From contig CBFFRP010000057.1 of NCBI GenBank assembly GCA_965644295.1, forward strand, positions 1 to 59,825: a stretch of 59,825 bases of DNA, given 5' to 3'. Position numbers and translations under genes: made by a program. The notes under the pieces were generated by a model. The model saw nothing but the letters and a program-made list of their open reading frames with translations. It did no database searches and was not told the DNA's origin. Within the stretch, counting starts at the first letter, position 1; each line of letters begins with the position of its first letter. This document shows, in pieces, positions 50,851-59,825 of this stretch. This DNA comes from Paraphysomonas bandaiensis (lineage: Eukaryota > Protista > Chrysophyceae).

Positions 50851-53800
50851 TTATAATACAGAATAGCGACCAAAACTCGTCTGTCCGGAGGCCCCAAGTT
50901 TAATAGTCTCTTCTTCTAGCATTCTCTGTATGTCAAGGCGGGCTTGCTTCACCTGCATTTCTGTTGGACCTTCTATAAGCAAGAACAGCTTGCGTTCTCC
51001 TATTTCCAGCTTCTTCCCAGGTGGAACGTAATTACCTCTCGATATGATAGCCACACCTGTTCTCTCTGTAATGTCATCCAAGGCCTGTCGCTGGGTCACC
51101 TTCTTTCTAGCCTGTATACGCACACCATTAGCAAGTCACACATGAATAGGAGAACAGGATACGTGTACCTGAGGAGGGTAGTCATTAATTTCAAACTCCT
51201 CCATGAAGTGCATCTCTCCGTCTCCAGACTTGCCACCCCCCATTTGCATGGCAATCATCTTGGCACGGTTCATTGCTGCCTTGGTATCTATTTTTCCATC
51301 TGCTGTGACGGGGGCGGGAGGAAGAGTAGGTACATTGGTACCAGTAGTTTGAGTTTTGTTGGCGTTCATCGCCAGAGCCAGGGCTCGCGCTCGCTCAAGA
51401 GGAGTCATGTCGGAAGAAGGACCAGTCGTAGAGGGTAACGACGCTGCAGAGAGAGATGGTTCAGAAGCGCTACTCGTAATTACTTCGGCTGCACCATCAG
51501 AGGAGGCATCCTCCCCCTCGTCATCATCATCATACCCAAACATGTCTTCGGGGGGTTCTCCCATTTCATCTTCATCGCCCTTCTCGGATATGATACCTAC
51601 AGTACACTCATAAGTGAAAGGCATGTTGTCACTCATGCAATACACACCCTGCTCAATCTCATATGCACGACGCTGCATAGATGCCAGTTTTTGTGATTCA
51701 TTCATCTCTGAAGCATCGAAAGTGAATCCCTTCCCATAAAACCCACTATTACTCCAATGCGCCTCTCCTCTTGCAACTTTCTCCTTAAATGAGGCTGCCA
51801 GTTCCTCAACTTCGTCAGGAACAAGCTGCCCAGCCTTCTCCAAAACCGTCTTCATTATAGGTGCATACTGATCCTCGGTGGGGGATAGGAAGGTGTAGGC
51901 TGTGCCTTTTCGCCCCGCCCGACCGGTGCGACCCACTCGATGGACATAATCCTCAATATGGTTCGGGCAATTGTAGTTAATCACGCACACGATCTCCGGT
52001 ACATCCAGGCCCCTACCTGCTACAGAGGTGGCCACCATCACTGTCTTAATCAGTGTTTTGAACTCGTGCAGTGTATGATCCCTATCCAGTTGATCTTTGC
52101 CGCCGTGGAGCGATAAACAAGGGTAGCCAGATTTGAGAAGATCTTGAAAGAGCTGGTCGCACTTCTCTTGCTTGTCCACGAATATTAACACACTACCTCG
52201 CTCATACCATATACCCAGCAGCTGGAGTAAGCGCATGAACTTCTCTTCTTCTTCATGCACTTCAACATATTGTGTTATGTCTTTGTTTGCTGCGCTGCGC
52301 TCGCCCACCACGATTTCTAAAGGAAGCCGCAGAATAGACTTGGCAAGCTTCTCTATCGGTTTTGGAAAAGTAGCGGAGAATAACACTGTCTGTCTGTCTG
52401 GTCGAACATTCTGCAAAATCATCTTGATCTGAGAACAATATAAAAGAGTTAAACAACACTTCTTAAAAGTTTATTACACACCTGCGGCTCGAAACCCATA
52501 TCAAACATCCGGTCCGCCTCATCCATGACCACCATGGTCACACGCTTCAGGGTTACCAGCTTACCAGCCTGCATGCACAGGATATCGATCATACGCCCGG
52601 GAGTACACACGACTATATCCGCTCCCCGCTTGAGTTCTGCTATTTGATCTGCTACTCCTGCGCCGCCATAAACGCATGCCACCCGCATTCCCAGTGCCTT
52701 CGTAAACTTTTTTGCCTCATTGAATATCTGGAATGCAAGTTCCCTTGCAGGGGCCATTATCAGTCCGATAGGACCTTCACTTTCTCGTAGAGGAGGCTGG
52801 TCAAGAATGTGGCGGAACATAGGCAGCAAGAAGGCAAGTGTCTTTCCGGACCCTGTCTTTGCTACACCAATAATATCCCGACCACACATGATGGCTGGTA
52901 TTGCCTGCTTCTGGATGGCAAAGGGAGCCTCGAAACCATTTTTATTTATTACTGCCAATATGCGTTCTGAGAGACCGCATTGATCCCAGTTGCTAACCGG
53001 TGCAGGACATCCCCGCCCTCTAACCTTAATTTGCAGCGCCTGTCTCTCGAGTGTAACTTCTTCGGGCAGCAAGCGAGCAAGAACTCTGGGTACTATATAG
53101 AGGTTCTTTCTAAATGGCAGGTACTCTATGGTAGAATGATCCACAGGTCGAAGTTCTTTACCACGTTTTGCTTCCTCCAGCAACTCAAGTGCGCTTTTCT
53201 TCTTTGCCTCTACTTCACTTTCATCAATCACATCGCCTTCCCCGGCGAAAACTCGTCCCAGATTATCATTAACCGCCTCTCGTTTTTCAGATTGTACGTC
53301 TCCGTTTTGTAACTCCTCAGAACTAACATTGTCCACGTGAGCACTCCTGAGTGCATTTATGAATTCTCGTCGCTCCCTCTCCTCTTCCTCATCCACAGGG
53401 CCGTCTTCTAGAGTGGCCACAGTGGGAGCAGGTGACATTGCAATATCACTCTCCCACTCGTTGCGCACGTCCTCATCTCCATCACTCCGCCTGTTGCTTC
53501 CCACCAGCTGCTCGAGGGTAATAAAATTCGATCCAAAAGGATTCACAGGTACGGATTTACTGTCCTCCCCTACTGCGAATGGAGTAGCAACAGAGTCCTG
53601 TTCAGTTACATCCCCAGCATCGTAAAGACTTGACATGAATGCATCCAAAGGATCCGGTTCCAGTCCAACATTGTTCGCAGAACTGCTGTTACAGGCGCTT
53701 GAGGAACTGAATCCCGCACTATTCTTAACATTTCTGGTAACTGGCTCCAACCAGGGAGTACATTGGCTATCTGCTTGTTCAATGCTTGGATTGATATTTG

Positions 53801-54492
53801 GTAATTCTGGACCTTCTCTCTCGTCTATATTCTCCCCATTTGACTCTACTTCTTCCTCGTCATCATCATCTTCGTTTTCCAGACTCCAGCTTGCCTTGCC
53901 CAAGTCACCCTGAACTCCTCCGGCATCTGAGGTGACATTCGTCTCATCAATGCTATCAACCCTCTGCTCTTCGCCAACGGCAGTATCAGAAGAAACTGCT
54001 AGACGACGAGCTTTTTCCTCTTGCCAAGCCTTCACACGTTCCCGGCGTTTGCGCATTTCGGCCTCCAGTTGCACCTGCTCGGCTTCTATCTGCATTTTCC
54101 GCTCTTTCTCTCGCTCCTCCGCTGTCTTTTCAGCCCCTAGAGCGCGCTGACTGATCATAGCGGCAACCCTCGCAACCGCATCCTCCCCAGATCCGTTCCT
54201 GTTGTCTCTATCCCTGTCTCTATCACTATCTCTATCTCTTCTCTTACGAGTGTCCCTCCTGTCTCTCGATCTCTCCTCAGAATCTCGATCACCATTAACT
54301 ATCTTGATATCTCTATCCCTCTCTCTACTCTTATCTCTGTGTCGTCTCTTTTCCTGATGAGCATGATCATTACATACATATATAGATATATATACTGCCT
54401 ACCCGTCTCTTGGCTTCCCTCGACCGCGACGGTGACCGCGAACGAGAGTAAGACCTATGCCGCTTCTTAGACTTCCTATCCTCTCCACCCAT
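50851..54492 (-). CDS. DDX46: DEAD-box RNA helicase DDX46/Prp5 (about 5 exons)
   Basis: RS/RD-rich N-terminus, DPLD motif (EPDPLDAFM), [26 protein letters not shown]-terminal KH-like [10 protein letters not shown]...; GT-AG introns in phase. Confidence 0.96.
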
Positions 54493-54553
54493 AGCCAGAG
54501 AGATTGCAAGATAGTGACAGATAGCCCGAGTACACTGGAACACTGTATGATAC

Positions 54554-54554
<1 letters not shown>

Positions 54555-54584
<30 letters not shown>

Positions 54585-55109
54585 CATACATACATACATA
54601 CATACATACATACATACATACATACATACATACATACATACATACATACATACATACATACATACATACATACATACATACATACATACATACATACATA
54701 CATACATACATACATACATACATACATACATACATACATACATACATACATACATACATACATACATACATACATACATACATACATACATACATACATA
54801 CATACATACATACATACATACATACATACATACATACATACATACATACATACATACATACATACATACATACATACATACATACATACATACATACATA
54901 CATACATACATACATACATACATACATACATACATACATACATACATACATACATACATACATACATACATACATACATACATACATACATACATACATA
55001 CATACATACATACATACATACATACATACATACATACATACATACATACATACATACATACATACATACATACATACATACATACATACATACATACATA
55101 CATACATAC
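54555..55109 (-). repeat. Perfect (CATA)n/(TATG)n microsatellite, ~555 bp
   Basis: Direct reading; no interruptions seen. Confidence 0.99.
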
Positions 55110-55265
55110 TAACTGCAGTCGTTTCATGCTGATTGACATAGCCAATTGCTGCTGTCGTTTATATATTTCCACGACATTGTAGCTTGATATATACGTGATT
55201 TAGAAACAGAAACAAGTGTCTTATATCGTTTTGTGCTTTTGACGTTTCGACTCTCTCCAATTGAT

Positions 55266-55793
55266 ATGGCGAAACAACCAGATGCCCTCAGAACTCTGTA
55301 TGAGGCGAAGGTTCAGAAACTTGATGAACAGAAAGCTCTTTCAGATAGAATGAATGATATACTTACCAGACGGGGTGGCTTAAACGACAATTCCAAAAAC
55401 GTCCGGAAGAATCTCATGGCAGCAATTGCAGTTTCCAAACAACCTGGTTATTTTGAGTATTATCAGACACCCGCTGAAGTTAAAGAGGTAGAGGATACGA
55501 AAACGTTGAATAGCTTAGTGAAGAGTCTTGATAAAGTCCACAAGGAGCTTGATCAGATCAATTCTGAAATTTCACACTATCACGAGCGAGCAGCTCAGCC
55601 ATCTCAACCAGAAGTTGCACTGACGAGCTTATCACAATGGTTTGAAACATACGGAAGGCCCGAGAATACCCAATGTCTCGAGGAGAGAATGACGACATTT
55701 CAAGCTAGCCCGAAAATATATGGTGGAACTAACCACCATCGTGCATTTAAAAGTCAAGCTGCAAATATGAAAAAAGGAAGGGTCACGAAGTGA
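55266..55793 (+). CDS. Uncharacterised coiled-coil protein (~175 aa)
   Basis: Intronless ORF from MAKQPDALR with protein-like composition, divergent from DDX46. Confidence 0.7.
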   Translation: MAKQPDALRTLYEAKVQKLDEQKALSDRMNDILTRRGGLNDNSKNVRKNLMAAIAVSKQPGYFEYYQTPAEVKEVEDTKTLNSLVKSLDKVHKELDQINSEISHYHERAAQPSQPEVALTSLSQWFETYGRPENTQCLEERMTTFQASPKIYGGTNHHRAFKSQAANMKKGRVTK

Positions 55794-57583
55794 ATACCCA
55801 CTCAGCGACTATGAAGCAAGAGTATATATAGAAATCTCCATGATATCTTGGTAGTGTATGTTTCCTTCTGTAGATTGTTTTGCTGTAGAAGCACAATGTT
55901 TAATTATTGAAGTGGGTATAATTTGTTAACCGATGTACCTCGTGTGTGGACAATTGTTGTATTGTCTAATTTCTATTTCGTTGGACATGGGGTGGTTGAG
56001 AGAACACAAATAGGAGCAGGGATGATGTATCGTTGATGCATACACCGGTATAATTGAAACATACTGAAAATTACATTAAACCTGTACCCACATGTACCAT
56101 CAAGCAAAGAGCATTATGAGTTAATTAGGGACATTGATACGAAGTAGTTTTAAGTGATTTAGCTAATACACCAGCTATCTGGTTCGTGTTCCCTTGTGTA
56201 TGCTTCTGTTTGTACACAATTTATGTTTGAAATGGAACCAGTGCGGTAGTCTTGGGCCTATGAGACAAGATCCAAATGATACTATGAGGCGCAAGCATCA
56301 TACTGATATTGTTGGATATATTTAATATTTAAACATTTAAACTAAAAAATAAGAAGCCAACAATTGATATACATATACATAGGGACTTTCAGATGAGCGA
56401 AAAGAATGGAGAGAAATACAGGATAATTCCTGGTTTTGTATCCATAGAAGCATGCTCGATAGAAGGATATGATTCTTCTAGGTACTAGGTACACAGTCTA
56501 CGAAGATTATTAGGGTTGTGGGTAAAATCCTTAAACTCAATAGGGTAGGATAAGTATTAAGTGTCTAAAGTCAAACAACTTATGCTTATTCATAAGTTCT
56601 GATAGTAGCCAGTAACCCGCGTTTTCATTTCAACTACCAGATTCAGTATAGTATATAACTGACACTCAACGTTTATATTGCTAAGCTTAGTACTAGTTCC
56701 AAAACTTGCCAATATTTTACGTCCTTGTCGATACACTGGGTCGCCTAGAACCTAGATGAAATATGTAAATGAGTTACTACGTGGAAACTATTTAGAACTC
56801 TACTTTATTCGCAGATCAATAATTTTCTTGTATCCTTCTTTGCAAACATGAGCATTGATGGATAACCATGTAAGAGGAGTGATATATTTGTTCAGAAAAA
56901 CGATACATTCAACATCAGAGGATTTGTAAACACTCACTTTGAAACATAGGTAGTTCATCGTGTTGGCATGTGTCGTCGAATTCAACTCTAACCTACAGTT
57001 TTAATAGTAGGTTAATTTCTTTGCAGAATTTCAAGTTAGTATGTTGTATCAGCAAAATTCCTGCAAGGCACTCTCAGAGTTGAAGATTAAATACGACAAA
57101 GATTAAACTGGCCACTGACATCACGGATGTCTATGTTTGATAGTATCCATCTGTATCCACAGGTATCTATATGGATATGCATCATGTGACTTTGTGTGTT
57201 CATTTTTGTCAATCTCACAGCTATTTTCCACAAGAAAACTCCCATTTCCACAGTTTTGGAAACCAAAATCAAGAAGTGTGGTGCATTGCAGGCCAGTGGC
57301 AGTGGTAAGTGTGTGTTTTTCTAATCATGTCATGTCCATGTCACTTTTTTTTCGTGGGAATTCCCTCTCAATCCACTGGAAATCCACCCCCAAAATTACC
57401 TTATGAATAGAGCCACCATTAACAGCAACAATACCCCTATAGACATCATCATACAGAGCTTGTTTCATCGTCGAGGTGCATATTTCCATATAGAGGAAAA
57501 TGTTTGCACTGTACAGGATATTTACAGGGCAGCTATCGAATAATATGTCACCCAGTTATAGATAATATATATATAGTGGAGAA

Positions 57584-59825
57584 ATGTGCAGTACAGCAGT
57601 TTCCAAGCAATTTCTCTACATCATATTGGTTCTATGCCGTATAGTTATGTTTCATTCTTATGCATCCGGAATGGCAGCTTCATCTGCCGTGCACAGACCT
57701 ACTAATTATTCCATCAATAATAATTTTCTGTATAAGACTGTATGTCTCCAGTCTGGAAGAAGAACGCTGATAGATACGAAAGGGAACATAGTGTGCGCAG
57801 GCTTAACACATGTTGTTGTAATATCATCTCATATAAATCACTATGGATACGGAGCAATTACATCTAGTCACATGAATTGGGCCATACCGTTAAACTCTTA
57901 TGTGCGTATAAAACATGTCCAGGCAGGTTCCGGTGGGGTAATCGTTGGAGTTGGATACTCGTATGTGTTTCTATACAATCATAGTCGCTATAAAAGTACA
58001 GATATGTGCTTAATAAAGTGCAATCGGAACGGAATTGTATGGGTAGATATTTTAGGTACATCTGGCAGTGACTACTTGACCGCAGTTGCAATCGACGATG
58101 AGGGGAGTGTATATGCGGTTGGCCATAGTAACGGTTCTTTTGTTGCAGAACCAGCAGTAGGTGTCGACATCGTAGTCGTAAAATATTCTCACAGTGGAGA
58201 AAGACTATGGGTGGACCAGATTGTAGCCCCTAGAAATGAATTCGCTAATGCAGTTAGTGTTGACACTATTGGCTCTATCTATGTCGCTGGCTATGTAAGC
58301 TGGAGTTACGGTACAAAGACAACGGTTTTTCTGATCAAGTACAGCTCACAAGGTCGCCACCTGTGGATGAGGTATATTGTCTGCTTCTTTACCCGTATCT
58401 GTGATATATTACGGCTGTTCTTTGGTAGGTACTTGTCGACTGACGTCAGTCGCGATTGGATGTTCGGGATCTTGTTGGATCATTCATCAAACGTGATTGT
58501 CTATGGACAGAAAACTATAAGCAGTGGATCTACAACTGGTATATCACCATCAGGATATTTTCTTGGAAAATTTACCCGCAACGGTGAAATTGGCGTGAAT
58601 GTAACAACAAGTGCAGTTGGCGTTGATCTTTTCGTGATGGACAGTGCAGTAGATTCGAACAATGCAGTGTATTCTGCGGGATACTCAATACACTCATCTG
58701 AAAACGGTGGAGCCAACAATATCCAGTTATTTTTATCAAAAGTCGGAACTGATAATGTGGTATGGATGTGTACAGTGCTCTGTTTTATGCATTCTCACAT
58801 ACTTTTTTTGTAGGTGGAATGGGTGAAATTCAAGGCATCAGATAACTTTGATAGTGTTCTTGGCGTCCAGCTGAATGTCGATAGTAAGTATGTGTATGCA
58901 TTTGGTTGCACAACAGGGACTACCGAAGAAGAGTCGTCGTTGGTTTTTTCGAGTAGTCCGTTCAACACATTTAGTAATCATGACAGCTCCGCCTTATCGT
59001 ACTCAGTGCAGCAGAGCAGTGCACTCTGTGATTTTGTGCGATTTACATCTGTGGGTTCCATATTTTCGAGCAGACCTGGATCTGAATGGTCGTGTAGTAC
59101 GGTGTCCTTTGTGTGTTACTGGGAAGGGGTTGTATGTGTCAATGATAGTGTGGTGTCGATTTCCTTGCCGTCGCGCGGTATCTTAGGATCAATTCCCTCT
59201 TCTCTCGGTTTAATCACCAGTCTTCGCACCCTCAACCTGTCTAATAACTCTTTAAGTGGGCCACTTCCATCTACAGTAGGCAGTCTCACTCTCCTACAAT
59301 CGCTTTTACTTCAAAATAATTTGTTGTCCGGACAGTTTCCATCATCGTTATGCGTGCTGTCATCTCTGTCACATCTCAATATTAGTCATAACAATCTCTC
59401 TGGAATACTACCTTCGTCTATAGGAAACTTACGATCTCTAACTTATTTGAATGTTGCACACAATGAAATAAAAGGGGTTGTACCCGCACAGTTCGCTTCT
59501 ATGATTTCTCTGCGACAGTTGATATTGTCCGGAAATAATATGGATAATACTTACCCAATAGACTTATGCCAGTTACCTTTCCTCACAGTATTTTATCTAA
59601 CCAACAATGAGCGTCACCTATGCATGGACTCACCTAAAAACTCAAACTTCAATAAAATTGAGTTTCCTTCAGAAGATGAAAACAACGTGAAACACATGGA
59701 TGATTCAGTGGAGAAAAAAAGTAACAGAGAGACCACAAAAACTACATCGTCCATCATCGGCACGTTACTACCAATATCAATTCCTGTTCTCAATCCAACA
59801 ACAAATGTTCCATCAGCATTACCAA
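57584..59825 (+). CDS. Secreted/surface protein: SBBP-type beta-propeller repeats followed by plant-type LRRs (3' truncated by window)
   Basis: Hydrophobic N-terminus; GTSGSDYLTAVAIDDEGSVYAVG, ANAVSVDTIGSIYVAG, AVDSNNAVYSAG; a phase-0 intron ending at 58813 leads to an open exon 58814-59825 with CYWEGVVC and LxxLxLxxNxLSGxLP repeats (LRTLNLSNNSLSGPLPS, LSHLNISHNNLSGILPS). Confidence 0.8.

Noticed and set aside
54370-55182. MYVC/HTYI-repeat ORFs
   Set aside because: Same microsatellite artefact.
56000-57500. Short ORFs and tatcca/tggata motifs upstream of the SBBP-LRR gene
   Set aside because: No coherent gene model, TIR or TSD found.

Overview
Eukaryotic nuclear DNA with compact genes and short (~45-60 nt, mostly GT-AG) introns. 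It most likely comes from a flagellated protist; CFAP100, an MLO-EF-hand protein and the general style suggest a stramenopile/chrysophyte, which is inference. About 17 host genes can be built by hand: LTO1-like, G-protein gamma, a bacterial-type TPR protein, an IQ protein, PH+ABRA/Costars, SEC22, CFAP100, WDR1/AIP1, F-box/kelch, MLO-like+EF-hand, ankyrin, eIF3e, DDX46/PRP5, an SBBP-propeller+LRR protein and several orphans. Three things stand out. (1) A dispersed family of long-imperfect-TIR elements has four copies; they share a core but carry different cargo, and one holds an intron-retaining, mutated ATP-grasp gene fragment (Pack-type gene capture). (2) The first ~1.35 kb is a very AT-rich NUMOD4-HNH-AP2 endonuclease gene plus a hairpin-dense terminus, resembling the end of an integrated Polinton-like virus/virophage. 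(3) Nearly every gene 5' end lies in an island of alternating purine-pyrimidine sequence (TATG/CATA, CTGTATAC, CA/TG) that looks AA/TT-poor, with two giant (TATG)n arrays between divergent genes. A clean 120-bp hAT MITE with an 8-bp TSD and a decayed hAT transposase are also present. No tRNA, rRNA or CRISPR array was recognised. All family calls come from motif recognition by eye, without database searches.
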